Below, one piece after another: positions 26,446 through 41,478 of a stretch of DNA of 64,000 nt (position 1 is its first letter; each line of letters begins with the position of its first letter). The position numbers and the translations under genes were made by a program. The notes under the pieces are model-generated. The model was not told the origin of the DNA. It did no database searches and saw only the letters and a program-made list of their open reading frames with translations. Source of the stretch: Salpingoeca rosetta (lineage: Eukaryota; Protista; Choanoflagellata); the NCBI GenBank assembly GCA_033442325.1, contig JAWQFM010000029.1, forward strand, positions 717,486-781,485, written 5' to 3'.

Positions 26446-26456
26446 GTTGCCAAGAC
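26446..26456 (+). promoter_or_regulatory. RFX X-box-like motif GTTGCCAAGAC about 130 bp upstream of the SPEF2 ATG
   Basis: GTTGCCA half-site in front of a ciliary gene; RFX control of ciliary genes is established in holozoans. Confidence 0.55.
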
Positions 26457-26585
26457 GTTGGAGCTGTGGCAGACACAAGCGCCCACAAGCACAAGCACCC
26501 ACCACATACACACAAGACACGAGTAGTGCTGCTGCTGGCTGGTGTCACGCAAGCGCAGTCGCGAGCCACACACCGCACCGCCGCC

Positions 26586-26796
26586 ATGACATCCATTCTG
26601 TGTCAGTGGCTGAACGAGGATGTCCACCTTTCCTCCACAATCGGTGGGAATCATGGAATGCTGTGGGTGGTGCGGGCGGGAGGGGTGTTACTTGAACGAC
26701 ATGAGCAGCACAAAAGCAGAGACATATCCACGCACCCCAACACATCAAGTACACACACACACACGCACACACACACACACACGCACACACACACAC

Positions 26797-26844
<48 letters not shown>

Positions 26845-27115
26845 TTGACGCTCCATTTGCGCGATTCACATCCTCGTACGTTGCTGTGCACTTGTTGTTG
26901 GGTACAGACGCTGACCGCTTCGCAGAGCAGTTCTCAAATGGCTACCTGTTTGCAGAGTTGTTGACCAAGCACAACCTACCATGTGACGTGCGCACCTTCT
27001 CCAAGTCAAAGTACGCAACGAGCGCTTGCCATGTCGTGCACTTGTATGTGTTGTGTGTGTGTGTGTGTCTGTGTGTCTGTGTGTCTGTGGGTGTGTGTGG
27101 GTGCGTGTGCGTGTG

Positions 27116-27170
<55 letters not shown>

Positions 27171-27805
27171 GGTCTGTGGGTGTGTTGTGAGCTTTGTGTA
27201 TGTTGTGTCTGTGTGCCTATGTCTCTTTTTTGTGAGTTGTACGGTCTCGTCCAATTGCGTGATGTTACTTTCATACACTGCGCATATTCTCATTCCCTGG
27301 CCCAACACTTTGGTCGATGCAGGTCTGCAGAGGCCAAGCTCAACAACTTCTTGAAGCTGGAGCCAAGCTTTCGCGCCCTTCGCATCCCCTTTGACGCCAA
27401 CATGGTGCGAGCGACCGTCTCACTTGCTCTGCTGTAATTATTTCGATCTCTGTCCACAACGCAGTTCCTTTTCGAGCGACAATGAGCACACGCATGAACG
27501 CAGTCAGAACCACACGCGTGCGCACACGAGCGCACGCGGACACTCAGTTGCTCTCTTTCTCTTCCCTTCCTCTGCTTCCCTTCTTCTCTTCGAATGAATC
27601 CACATGAATAACCACACTGACCTTTGTGTGCTAACACCTTCACATCCACCTCATTCACACACAAACACACACACACACACTCACACACACTCACACACGC
27701 ACACACACCAGGCGCGGGACATCATGGAGGGCAAGCATGGCGTGGCCAGTCGCCTCGCGTATCAGCTCTTTGTTCAACTCAGCCAGTTCAAGTCGGGGGT
27801 GAGTG

Positions 27806-27842
<37 letters not shown>

Positions 27843-29887
27843 TGTGTGTGTGTCTGTGTGTGTGTGTCTGTGTGTGTGCGTGCGTGTGTGTGTGCGTGCG
27901 TGTGTGCGTGCGTGCGTGTGCATGCACGTGCATGCGTGTGGATGTGAGCCATTCCGCCATTTAAGTGCAGTGTGTACATGCATGATCACCTCTGTGCAAC
28001 TCACGCGCACAAACACGTACAACCACACTCCCACATACCCCCTTCCCCGTTCAAGGACTTCACGTGGAGCGAGAAGTTGCGGGCGGCGGGAACACAGCCG
28101 GAGCCGCACTTTGCATCTACGCTGCGGCAGTCGACGAAGCGGCAGATTGACCTCGATCACATGAGCATTGAGGAGAGATTCAAGGACAGGCAGCGCCAGC
28201 AGGAGGAGAAGGCGTTGCGTGCACAGCGCGCAGCGGAGCAGCAGGCACTCGCCATCCGCAAGCAGAAGCACGCCGCCACACTTGAACGGTGTGGCTGAAT
28301 GTGCTGTGCTGTGCGTATGTGTGTGTGTTTTGTGTTGTGCGTGCGTGTGTGTGTATGTGTGAATGTGTGCGTGTGTGTGTATGTGTGTGTGTGTGTGTGT
28401 TTTGTGTTTGTTGTGTGGTGTGTTGCGTGCTGTTTGTGTTGTGTTTGTCTGTACTCAGATGCATCTCCGTGTGTAAGGCCTTGCATATCCCACCATCACC
28501 ATACGCTATTCTCCTCATCGCCGCCACCACCACCAATATCCCATGCCCCCAGGTCGCGGGAGATCAAGCGACAGTATGATGAGCGGGTGAAGCAGTTTGC
28601 CGGCCCCACGAAATCCCGCATCACCCAGCAGCGCAAGGGCCCGCCCGTCGCCACACTCAGCAAGGTCCACAGCCGTGTTTGTTTGTTTGTCCGGTTGTGT
28701 GTTTGTTTGTTTGTTTGTTTGTTTGTTTGTTTGTTTGTTTGTTTGCTTGTTTGTTTATTTGCTTGTTTGTTTATTTGCTTGTTTGTTTATTTGCTTGTTT
28801 GTTTGTTTGTAGTTGTGTATCTGTCTGTCTGTTGTGTTTGTCATGTGCATTGCCACACGCCTGTGAATGTATTGCACTTCTCTCCTTCTGCCCCTCACAC
28901 GTGCTCCCTTCGACCCCTCCCCACCCCCCAAACAATACCCCCCACCCACCACACACACACACACACAATCACACCCTCGCACTGCTGCCCTTCAACCACA
29001 CACGATCACTCACACCCCCCTGCGCAGTCGATGCGGCAGGCGCACCTTGCCAACAAGGAGGCAGTGCGCCAGCAGCACCAGGACATGGTTGACCTCACGC
29101 TCTTTGAAACGCGCCACGGCCTTCATGATGGCGACAGTGGCGATGGCACCGGTGCGGACGACACCACCATCGGTGTCCCGCCCACCGCCGCAGATGCACA
29201 TGGTGGGCATGTGTCGTCGTCGTCGCGAGCAGGGACAGGCCGTGGCAACAGGGGCACCACCACACCTCGCACCTCTGGTGGCAAGACACCAACCTCTAAC
29301 ACCAGCAACACCAGCAGCAGTCACCCGCGTCCGCCCAGTCGTCCGCGCACAGGGAGCGCTCGCCCGCGTGTTGCCTCTGCCCGCCGCAACCGGTCTGTGA
29401 CAGACGACGACGACGACACTGCTGCTGCTTCTGCTGCAACAGGCGCGACAGAGACGGGCAGTGAAGGCGCAGGGCATGACGACAGCGTTGCGCCGCTTGC
29501 ATCAGTGACATCATCCACGCGCGTGCATGACGCAATCGCGCGGCAGCCAAGACCCGTCACGTCTGCATCCACAATGAAGCTGTTTGACAACGACTTTGTC
29601 AACGCCGTTCGCTCCCGCAAGCGCGAGGAAGAGGCCGCACGTGAGTGTTTGGTTTGGAATTGGGCGGTGGGGCTAGAGACGGGGTGGATAGGTGCTGTTG
29701 GTTGGTTGATATGAGTAAGTGTTGGGTACTGCAGGATGGTTGGTTTGAGTTGTTGGTTGATTGGTGGAAAGGGTGATTGGTTGAAGGTTTACATTGTGTT
29801 GGCAGCCGTGAGCGTTTTCTGGCGAAAATTGTCTCACCTCACCCACCCAACGCACCTCGATTGACTTCAACCATGTGTGTGTGTGTG

Positions 29888-29930
<43 letters not shown>

Positions 29931-30101
29931 GTCCTCAGGAACGGATCGCGAGCGGCGCCGGAAGCGGATGCTGGTGGAACAGCTTGAACTGCAGAATGAA
30001 ATCGTGAGATTCAATCGCATCGGATGCTGCCTTGCCCTGCACCCACACACACCCATACACACACACACACACACACACCCATACACACACACACACACAC
30101 G

Positions 30102-30190
<89 letters not shown>

Positions 30191-32302
30191 GCACGCACGC
30201 ACATACAACTCGAAGTCACCATTCCTTTCGTCTCACAAAACCCCTCCCATGTCCCCTCCACCATCGCCCTATCACCACTCTCTTCGTCACACTACCACCA
30301 CCACCAATTCATCACCAACTCACCTCCCCCCCCCCCAACACCACCACATATGGCGGCCAGGCTGCGGAGATGGACCGGCGGATGGAGGAGATGCAGCGGC
30401 GGCGGCAGTCGAACCGCGACGACCGCATCGCCGCCCAGCTCACCAAACTCAAGGCTGAGAAGCTCCTCATGCGTGAGAACAGGATCCAGCGCCAGCGCGA
30501 GGCCCTCGAACGAAGGGAGAAGGACTTTGCAGCCGCGCTCGACAGAGAGGTGACGTGACAAACATGCCGTGCCGGGAGGGGTGAGGTGGTGTACTGTCGG
30601 CGTCGTGCTCTGTGTGCATGTGTGTTTGTGTGTGTGTGTTTGTGTCTGTGTCTGTGTGTATGTTTACTTGGTGGTATTACGTCTGCTTGCTTTGTCCAAT
30701 TCTTGCTTCCGTCTCCTCTCACCCTCACCATGCCTTGCCCTGCATTGCCGCCACCACCGCCACCATGGGCGCTATGCCACCAGGCCGAGTATGCACGCAA
30801 GTTGAAGGAGGATCACAGAGAGGAGCTGGAGCGAAAGGCGCAGAACCTCAAGACCCTCAAGGCGAAGAAGGCCGCTGCACAGGTTCGGGCTGCTGCCTCG
30901 TTGAGAGTCAGCGGAGAGGAAGAGGTTGCGTGTGGTGTGCATGTGGTGTGGCATCAGCACGTGTGCGTCTGTCACAAGCACGCATACACATGTTTACACA
31001 CAGCCCCACACGCACACACTCGTAAACGTGAACCCACACTTGCGTACGCACTCACATGTACATTGACACACATTTTCACCCTCTCTACAGCGCGCCCAGA
31101 CATCCAAGTTCTGCCGGGAGTCTGTGGAGGAGATTGTGTCGCTCGCGCTGAAGAAGATTGAGTATTCGCACCAGTACGGCGGCAAGGATGTGCCGATTGC
31201 CACGTGGCTCAACTGGAAACAGCTCTTCATCAAGGGGTTCCCGCTCGACGTGCGTTGGCACATGCTGTGTTGTATATTGTGGTGTGCGTGTGTTGAGTGT
31301 GCGTGTGTACATGTTATGTTTGCACTTGTTGTCTTCCTACGTACTCGTTTGCCCTCTGTCCCTGCCTTGAACATCTAACCGCCGTTACCACCGCCACCAC
31401 CACTCGCCAGGTCGCCGAGGACAGCGATCACCATGCCCACGACCACTTGGACGACTGCGAGCTCTTCCACTACCTCGACCTCGAGGTGCGCACACATGCA
31501 CACATGCACATGCACACACGCACACGTGCACACATGCACACATGCACACAACCAATCAATCAAACACACACACGCAACCATATGCACTTGCGCCTTCATC
31601 TCTCGTGCCCATGAACTCATGCATGTTCCTTGTGTGTATGTTTTGTATTGCAGGGCATTTGGGGAAGCGTTGCCAAGGAAGACGAGAAGGAACTGAAGTC
31701 CGAAGGCGACCCGAACGTGCCCAACCCCATCCTGCATCATGTTGTCACGACCCTTGTTGACCGCACATACCCAAACCCGCAGCCATGGGAGCCAGCAGCC
31801 GTCCCTCACCACAAGCTCAGGTAGATGTGCATGTGTGCGTGTGTGTGTTTGTCTGTCCCTGTCGCGTTCTCTCTGTCTGCACTGTTTCTGTGTGTGTGTT
31901 TGTCTGTCCGTGTCGCGTTCTCTCTGTCTGCACTGTTTCTGTGTGTGTGTGTCTGTGTCTGTGTGTGTGTGTCTGTGTCTGGCGGAGTTGCTGATGGTTC
32001 CCATCTCTGCTTCCACATACAGGTGCATTGTGAGCTGCAAACCATCCAAGGAGGTTGAAGACATGCTGCACTCCATTGCAAAGAAGCACAACGCCTCTGT
32101 TCTCGACGCACAACAGGTGCGCTTTCAAGCCAATTGTGTGTTTGTTTATTTGTTTGTTTGTTTGTTCGTCCGTGCGTTTGTTTGTTTGTTTGTTTGTTCG
32201 TTTTTGGGTCATCTTGTGAGCGTGTGACTTTCATGGCCTGCATGACTGCTCGAATCCCCCACATACATATTCCTGATCGTCGCTTACCTCCCCTGCCTGT
32301 GT

Positions 32303-32381
<79 letters not shown>

Positions 32382-33756
32382 TGTGTGTGTCCCACTGTCC
32401 CGCAATTTGCCTGTCTGCCTGCATGCCTCTACATGCACTGTATGTGTCCCTGTTTGACTGCCTGAACGACGATAAAGTGCAGTTTAATTGCCCGTCAGCA
32501 GAGCTCCCCCCAATCAATAAACGAGATGAAATGATGCACACATACATAGTGTGGCGCTGGATACAGTGCACAGTGGGGAGGAGGAGTGGGGAGATGTGTA
32601 ATGTAAGGCGCTCCGCTTCGCACGCCAAGAACCACAACCACACACACAACGGCACCAGCCACAATTTATTTTACCCACAGTTCGAGAGTGGGAATTTCAA
32701 TTTTGCCAACTCCACGACCTGGTTGTTGGTTGCCAAGACGTTGGAGCTGTGGCAGACACAAGCGCCCACAAGCACAAGCACCCACCACATACACACAAGA
32801 CACGAGTAGTGCTGCTGCTGGCTGGTGTCACGCAAGCGCAGTCGCGAGCCACACACCGCACCGCCGCCATNNNNNNNNNNNNNNNNNNNNNNNNNNNNNN
32901 NNNNNNNNNNNNNNNNNNNNNNNNNNNNNNNNNNNNNNNNNNNNNNNNNNNNNNNNNNNNNNNNNNNNNNGGAGCAGGAAGAGAGCGGGCCGCATTTGTC
33001 ACTGCGTGCACAGCTCGGCACGCTGGCCCTGTCGCGGTTGTCCAAAGGCGAGCCTGTCGAGGACCGCGTCCTATGCGCCATTGTCGTCCACGGTATTCGC
33101 CAGCTGGACCCAGCAAGCAGCGGCTGGATCCTCTGCAACTTTCCCCGCACCAGGATCCAGGTGCGATGCGTGTGGCTGTGTGCATGCGTGTACCTGTGTA
33201 TGTGTGTTGGTGTGGGTGTGGGCGTGGGTGTCTGGTTGTCTACCTCTGCCTGAACATACGTTCAAACAAAACCACCTTGCACCAGCCTCACCACTGACCC
33301 CCCCCCCTACACTCTGCTGTCAGGCGGAGCTGCTTGAGCGGTGCCTGAGCGGTCGCGTCATCACGAGTCGCCCGCCAACGCCGACGACCCACTTCCCGCG
33401 CGCTGACTCTCTCCTCCTCAAGAACCAGCAGTCACACACCACCAGCCACCACAACACGGCAATTGGCGGCAGTGGTCACGGCATGCAGTCGCACCCAACG
33501 GCAGCCAAGTCCGGCACATCGCTTGGCGGTGCAAAGGCGTCAGCAGCGGGGCTGACGGGTGCTGGTGCTGCGTGCTCGTCGTCCTCACCCTCCACGACAT
33601 CAATCGCAGACGGAAAACCGTTGGACATTTCCCAGCGCAGCATCGACTCTGGTTTGTTCTTCGTGTCTGTGTCTGTGTCTGTGCCTGTGTGTGTGTGTGT
33701 GTGCCTGTTTGTGTGTGTGTGTGTGTGTCTGTCTGTCTGTGTGTGTGTCGTGTGTG

Positions 33757-33802
<46 letters not shown>

Positions 33803-36800
33803 TGACGTGCAACTTTGCGTTTTAACGTGCATCTCCTGCCCCCTCAGTGCTGTGCTTCTCACAACCGCCGCCACACCACCATATCTCACTTGCCCCCCCC
33901 CCCCCCCAACACAAACACAAAAACTCAAACGCCTCCAATGCTGCAGTGATTGTGCTTGACATGAGCGACGAGGCCGTGCTCAACCGCGTGCTCGGCCGGC
34001 GCATCGATCCGGAAACCGGACAGCGCGTCCACATTGATGACGTGGATGCGCTCCTGCACACGGAGGACGATGCCGTGAGTCCGCACGGCAAGAAGAGCAT
34101 TGATCTTCGCACGAGCAGCACGGAGGCCATGATGGACCCCTCTGCCTCGTTTGAGGACAGCCCGCTCATCCGCCTGACAGAGGTGGAGGATGGCGACCTC
34201 GCTGGCGACAAGGTCGAGCAGATGGTCGCCACGTACAACGCAGAGGCGCCCGCGATGCACGCGTGGTACGACCGCCACTTTGGCGTTGTGACGCACATCA
34301 ATGGCAACGGCGCTGCCAGTGCTGTGGACAGCGAGCGCGGGGACGTTGCTGCTGCGCTTGAGAAAGCGGTGGTGTGGGCACTGGAGACGGAGGCGCGCGA
34401 AGCACAAGAGGCGTGGCAGGCACTGCACGCTGAGGAAGAGCGGGTGCAGCGCACGCTGTCGCAGCCCATCATCGCCGTGCAGGAGCAGGCCACGGTTGAG
34501 GCGGCTGTTGCTGCCGTGCACACGTCCTCCTCCCCGAATCTCGCTGGCGATGGCAGCGGTGGCGACAACACCAAGCCCAAGAGCGCCAGCACGAACAGCA
34601 ACAGGGGCAGCGGTGACACGACGAGCAAGGCGGCGAGCGAGCGCGGGTCGTCTGCGCTTGGCGCGCCCAAGTCGCCGTCAGCTGCGAGGAAGAAGAGCGG
34701 CAAGAAGGGCAGTGGCTCGTCTCGCCCGGGGACTCGCGGTTCGCGCCCAGCCAGCAAGCGAGGCGGCCAGGACAAGGACAAGGATAAAGACAAGGATAAG
34801 GATGGCGCTGCAACGGCTGGTGGTGCGATGGGCGGGCATGTTCCTGACGCAGACAAGCTGAAGCAGGAGGCCGGCGCCATCAAGGCGGAGAAGACGCGTG
34901 CTGCCACGGAGCTGGCTGGCAGCGGCGGTGCCCTCCATCGCGCCCGCGACGAGCAGCCGACGTTTGTTGACCTGACGGTTGATGCTGAGCTTGCCAAAGG
35001 CCTGGTGCCGCTGTGGGACGTCATGGAGCGCTGCTACGTCGGCGATGTCAAGCAGATGCTGCGCAATCTGCGGCACTGCCGGCAGAACAGCTCCGAGTCG
35101 CTCTCTGCGCTCGAGCGCGAGATTATGGGCTTTCTCTCGCGGCCCGACGCGGCGCAGGAGTATGTCAACAGCTGGCAGCGCGCCTTCAACGAGGTGCCGG
35201 ACAAGCTGCGCGGGAACGATGCCTGCAAGGCCGAGCTGTACCAGCGCGTTGAGGAGCTCAAGGATGCGCTGTATGACATATGCGACCAGCGGAAGCAGGA
35301 GGCGGATGACCTGCTACAACAGCGCGCAAACGACCTGATGACGGACGACCAGTGCAATATCGCGCTCAACGCGTTTATTGGGCTGATGCAGGCGGAGGTG
35401 GATCGCTATGTGCAGACGCAGCAGCTGCTCAGCGACACGTACTGCCACATGCAGGGCAAGCTTGCGGACGACCTCGCTGCGAACCAGCCCACGCTGCCGC
35501 TCGTGGACATGCACCACAAGCCCAACGAGCGCACGTCCGCGCGCACGAAGAAGAAGCAGCCAATGGCTGACATTGTTCCGCAGGAGAGCGGTGTGCCGCT
35601 GCAGCTGCGCCAGAGCATGGACGATGTTGGCGACGCGCTGGCGCTGACAACGGCGATGACACTTGCACTTGAGGCGGTGCCGAAGCGAACGGAGCCCGCC
35701 GTTGTGCGGCAGGAGGCTGCGAGGGCGGCGGAGGAGGAGGCAAGGCGAAAGGCCGAGGAAGAAGCGGCATCGAAGAAGAAGGGGAAGAAGGGGAAGAAGA
35801 CGGCTGAACCCGAAGAGGTGCCCCCGCCAGAACCAACGGAGGAGGAGCTTGCAGCCAAGAAGGCGGAGGAGGAGCGAAAGGCGTTTGTCGCCGCAGCGGA
35901 AGACGAGCACTTTGCTGCCGCTGTCATTGAGGACAGGCGGTTCCGTGCGCGGCTGCACCTCATCCAGCACGTGGCGCAGGGCATGCTGAAGCAGCTGCGA
36001 GAGCCCGCGTCGCAGAGCCTGGAGCGGCTGGAGCGGGCGATTGGACAGCGGTACAAGAAGGAGCACGAGAGCGTGGATCGCCTCTGTGCACAGGCGCGCA
36101 GTGCCATTGAGGCGCAGGTCAAGATTTATCGCGAGCTCGTCTTCATTGGTCAGTCCGTGGTGGTCGAGGCGAGGGGCAGTGTGGGGAATAAGGGGGTGTT
36201 TGCACTTGAATGCGTGAGTGCGTGTAAGTGTGCTTCTGTATGTGTGTATGTGTGTGTGCGTGTGTGTCTGTGTGTGTCTGTGTGTGCGTGCGTGCGTGTG
36301 TCTGTGTGTGTGTGTGTCTTTGTGCGTGTGTCTTTTGTGTGTCTTTGTGTGTCTTTGTGCGTGTGTGTGTGTTTGTGTTTGTGTGTGTGTGTGTGTGTGT
36401 GCGCGCGCACACGCGTCTGTGTGTGTGTGTGTGTGTGTGTGTGCTTCTCTGCGTGTTGGCGACACTGTTGTTCAATCTCGATATGCTCACTCGCACGCCA
36501 CGCACGCTTGATCGCACGGCCAGATGCCAACTTTGACGTGAACCGGGATGTGGTGCTGTCGCCCGTGCCGCGACCGCCACGCCCTGCGACGCCTGTTGAA
36601 ACGGAGCGTTTTGACGAGTTTACAATTGCGCAACTTCACGCCTTGCATAAGGAGCTGTCGCTGATTGCGCCGAGCGGGTTTATCCCGCGTGACGACATGG
36701 TGGACCTCATTGACCGCCTTCGCCAGCAGCCGGCGTGCGCGGGTGCACTGCCGCCCAAGTTCACCACCATCACGCGCAAGGACATCGCGAGCGCCTTTGG

Positions 36801-38613
36801 CAAGTGCTACACCCCTGAAAGCGACTGGGTGGACTGGCGCATGTTCCTGGTGGACATGTGTGCCATCCCAGAGCCGAAGACGGAGGCCCTCCTGCGCTCG
36901 TTTGCAGAGCTGTACGCCATGAACACACACGGCACCGTGTCGTGGCTGCAGTACAACGCGGCGTGGCTGTGGTTCGCGCCACCACAGACCACCCCAACCG
37001 CAGATGTGCACGCACCACGCGCGTTTGATCGAGGTGCGGGCCTCAAGCGACTGCTGTTTGATGTGTTCGCCGGGGACGCAGCCACGTACTTTGGGCGGGA
37101 GATTGACTTCTTCACGCTGTTCACGTACATTTGTCGCGGCAACAACGGGCGCACGGCGCTGAGCCGGGTGGCAACGCTGGTGTCCATTGCAAAGGGGTGC
37201 ACACCACTGCATGAGGTGCAGACTGCACTCGCCCGCGCACTCGCCGCCGCAGGCATCAACACCACGAGTGGTGATGCAACAGAGGGCGGTGATGGTGATG
37301 GCGATGACGATGACGATAGGAATGGTGATGCGAACACCACAGACAACAATGGCAACGGCAGCAGCAGCGGTGTTGTTGTTGGCGGCGGCGGCAGCAGCAA
37401 GGACACGCTTGACGGCAGCGTGAGCACAATGGAGGCGCCAACAACGCCGCTGCGAACCGTGCCGAGCACCCCGAATGTGTCTGTCTCCACCTGGTCCCCA
37501 TCGAAGGACGGCGAGGAAGGCGGTAGTGACGGTGATGGTGACGACAACAGCCACAAGGTCGAGATTGAGGTGATCCCGCAGTCTGATGCTGGCGACACAG
37601 CACCATCAACACCAGCGGCAGCGTCAACACCCGACGACAAGGACAAGGACAAGGACGCGGGCAAGACGAAACGCAAGTCCAAGTCCAAGTCCAAACCAAA
37701 CGACGGCGAAGGCGACGAGGAGCGCGAGCTGTCGGCATCGAGCGCCCGCAAGTCCAAGGGCCGCGACGGCAGCGGCAGTGCACGGTCGCGGCGCGCATCG
37801 ATGAACCCGTCGTCTGCGCGCAAGGGCCTCAAGTCGCCATCCCGCGGGGCATCACGGCGCGGCAGCAAGATCATGCGCGATGACGACAACAGCAACGCCG
37901 ACGACGCAAACAACACGTCCATCAGCAACAACGAGAGCGCCGATGTGTTTGAGCTTGGCAATGTGGACGGCGACACGTCTGCTTCGACCATGCACGTGGA
38001 GGACGATGTGGTGGTGCAGCTGCCAGTGCGCATCACGTCGGAGGTGCTGCTGTCGCTGATTGCTCACGGCGTGCGCGAGCTAGGGGACATTGAGACGGAC
38101 GTGACGCAAGCCGAGCACGTGGCTGGCGCTGTTGAACTGCACCAGATGCTGTCGCTGACGGCCGACGAAGCGGAGGAGATGATTGCGTATGTGCAGGCGG
38201 CACAGGAGCACCTGCGGGAGCAGCAGCGATTGGAGGATAAGGAGAGAGCTGAACGTGGCGATGGTGATGATGAGGGTGATGATGATGATGATGATGATGA
38301 TGATGGCGAGAATGAGCACGTGCGCTTTGCAGACGACGACAGCGCTAAGCAAGGCGGTCTCCGTGCAGGCAAGAAGACGAACAAACAGGAGGGGGGTGAA
38401 GTGCAGGGTCGTGGCGCTGATGGCAACGCCCATATGGACGACGGCAGCGGTGACAATGACGCGCAGGATGGTGGTGGCGATGATGGTGACGGTGACAATG
38501 ATGCTGACGCCGATAATGTTGTTGTTACGGCAGATGAGCTCGTGTTTGGCTCGTCGGCGCCGTCCATTCTTCTTCCGCTCCAGTCCAAGTTTGCTCGATG
38601 CACACGACTCTAA
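26586..38613 (+). CDS. SPEF2: Sperm flagellar protein 2 / CPC1 central-pair protein (CH-like N-terminus, coiled coil, adenylate-kinase-like region, EF-hand-like C-terminal region)
   Basis: [43 protein letters not shown] matches the SPEF2 N-terminus; also [49 protein letters not shown]; stop at 38613. Confidence 0.92.
32391..32870 (+). repeat. 480-bp identical copy of the SPEF2 promoter/5' region (26108-26587)
   Basis: Constant offset of 6283; starts after (GT)n and ends at an N gap. Confidence 0.95.
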
Positions 38614-38703
38614 TGATTGGTTTTGTTGTGTGTGTGTGTGTGTGTGTCTGTGTCTCTGTGAGTGTGTGTGTGTGTCTGTCTGTCTGTCTGTCTGTCTGTT
38701 TCT

Positions 38704-38735
<32 letters not shown>

Positions 38736-39056
38736 CGTGGGTCTTGTTGCTTGCTCACTCTTTTTCATGTGTGATGCGTTGGTTTCATAGAGAGCTTGGT
38801 TTGGCGTTTTGGTGTGGGCATGTGGATGGGTTACAGTTGGTTTCATGTGCGTTTCATGTGCGTTGAAGTACAAAACAGTCATGGGTGAAGGTCAAAGTGA
38901 CACGCGATGGTTCGAAGGGCAAGCAAGGGCGCGACAAGTGGTGTGATACCATGTGATGTGGCATCATTGCTGTAACTGCTGCAGCAACGGCAGCGCCAAT
39001 GTGAACGCAACCCCTTTTCAACGGCCACAACATGTTGAAAAACAATCGCTAGCTAG

Positions 39057-41146
39057 CTAGGTTTGCCGCAAGCGCTGCACTAACGAACGAATGCGCACCA
39101 TAGCTCGGGTGTCATCATCCTCATTGTAATTGTCGTCATCGGCGTGTAGATCTTGATCATCTCCATACACATCAGCTCCTGTGTACTCATCACCATCGTG
39201 TTCACCGTACTCGCCATCATAATCGTCGCCATCATACTCATCGCCGTCGTCGTCACCATTTTCATTGTGGCGACGGTGGTGGTGGTGTGCCTGCCTCACA
39301 CCATGGTACCAACTGCCACCAGTGAATGAAGCTTCGTCATCATCATCATCATCATCATCATCATACACATCCACGCCACTCACATCGCTGTCGTCGTGAG
39401 GGTGTTGGCGGGTTCTTCTGGTTCCTGTAGGCCGATGAGGATCGCGAGGCTGATGTTGACTCTGAGGTGCAAATAGGGCAGCGTGTAAGCTGCTGTGAGC
39501 ACTGGAGGGTACCTGCTGGCCGTGTAAGACGTGGTTATCTCGTCTACGTGCACGGCCATCACTATTAACGTCGTCCACACCATCACCTGTGCCACCACGT
39601 TCATCGTCACTGCTATTCTCGTCACCGCCACCATCGCCATTGTGTACAAGCTCTTCCTCCTCCCACAACGGCAGCCCCTGTACATCGGTGTCAGCGTCAT
39701 ATCTGGTCGTGTGCAATTGCAGCGCCCGCTGTCGTGCTGTGAAGCCGCCTCCTTCCAGGAATTGAACGAGTGCACGTGCCTTTGATGCTGGTGACGGTGG
39801 CTGTTTCCCTCCGCTGCTACTGGTACCACTGCTTATGCCACCCAGGAGTTGCGACAGCTGCTGTGCTGCCGCTGGCGCTGCGATGTGCGACCACTGCGTG
39901 GTGGAGGGTGAGATGGAGTTGCTGCTCCGTACTCTGCTTGTGCTTCTCCTCGCACGTTGTGCTCGACGAGGATGATCTTGAGCTTGAGCGTGAGCTTGAG
40001 CCTGATGATGATAAGGGTGGCGGCGGGGATGGGTGTGAGGACGATGGGGGTGTGTCTGGTGGCGAGGGCTTGCGTCTGCACTGGGTGATGTCTCGTGTGC
40101 AGCATTTGGTTGCTCATGTCGCTGCTGCTGCCGAGTTGGTTGTGTTTGCTGCTGTTTTGCTTGTCTGCTTCTCTGCGGTGGGCGCTGCTGGCGTGTTGAG
40201 GCTGGGCCAGTCGCCGTGTGTGCATCTTCATCGAGAGCAGGAGGTGAAGGTGGTGGAGAGACGTGCGCTGCCCATTGTGCAATGCTGTCATACTGCGGGG
40301 GCTGCGGTGGTGTGTTTGGGTGTGGGGTTGATGTATGCAGGCTGCTGCTTTTGCTGTGGTGGTGTCGTGCGTATTGGCGCTGTCGTTGCTGCTGTTGGTG
40401 TTGTTGGTGTTGTTGGTCTTGTTGGTCTTGTTGGTGTCGGTGTTGTTGTTGTTGGTGGTGGTGGTGGTGTTGTTGTTGGTGGTGGTGGACGCGTTGCTTC
40501 CGTGTTTGCGGTACGTGGTGTTGATATCGTGGCCGCCGACGTTGGCGTGGCTGTCGCCGGTATGTGTGCGCCGGCAGCGGTGGCCAGTCGCCCTGGAAGG
40601 GGCGCATTTCATCCAAGTATGCGCGCATGTTCACCTCCCATGGTCTCGGCTGCGATTCAAAATCGAGACGCGCAAGCTGCAAGGACTGCTCCAGGGATTG
40701 TTCCTGTTGCTGTAGCAGCTGCTGTTGTTGGCGATGGTGCTCTTGGGGAACGCTGGTGACGGCGGCATCTGAGTTTGTGGCAGTTGTGTGTTGATGCGAT
40801 GCCAAGGATTGCTGCGGGACGGTGGTGCCTTGCGCTGTGCCGACGATACGAGAGAGTGGCAGTGGTGCAAGAAAAAGCGACGGATCAATGGAAGGTAGGG
40901 TCACGGGCTGGGCGGTGGCTTCTGCGAAGCTCACGCTGAGCAGCGCGTCCGTGGTCTTGGAGCACACAGACAAGGTGTCGTCATTGTCCTGCACTGCAAG
41001 TGCGGGTACATTTGATATTTGTGATGACACTGTTTGTGGTACTGTTTGTGGTGTTGCTTGTGGTATTGATTGTGGTGGGTGTTGGTGTGGAAATGATTGA
41101 AGCTGTGACGGTTGCGAGGGTTGTGAAAGGTAAGAATGGCTGTGTC

Positions 41147-41177
<31 letters not shown>

Positions 41178-41279
41178 TTGTTGCTGTTCTTCGTGCTGGT
41201 GAAGGATCTGTCGGAGACGCTGTGAGGCCGAGAGCTTGTTTCGATTGCCACCACCGCCACCAAAGTCGCTGCTCATCAT
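39057..41279 (-). CDS. Intronless low-complexity (Q/H/D-rich) hypothetical protein, about 740 aa
   Basis: Long uninterrupted ORF lacking the (CA)n intron signature; first ATG at 41279; divergent from BUB3. No domain recognised. Confidence 0.6.
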
Positions 41280-41478
41280 CGTCGTTTGCCTCCTGCGGCG
41301 TTTCAAATTTGGCGGAAGGCAACTGAAATCAGTCGAATCGACTTATGTCAGTCTCGTTAATAACCGCCAGTGCCAAAAAGGAAAGGAAGCACAGAAGACC
41401 GTGAGGAAGCACAAGCACACGACACCACACCACACCACACCACCGCACGCACACCGACACACCACACCACTCGCCAAC

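Noticed and set aside
33847-38613. 1588-aa ORF as a standalone single-exon gene
   Set aside because: It is the 3' part of SPEF2 and reads through a stop-free (GT)n intron at about 36149-36522.
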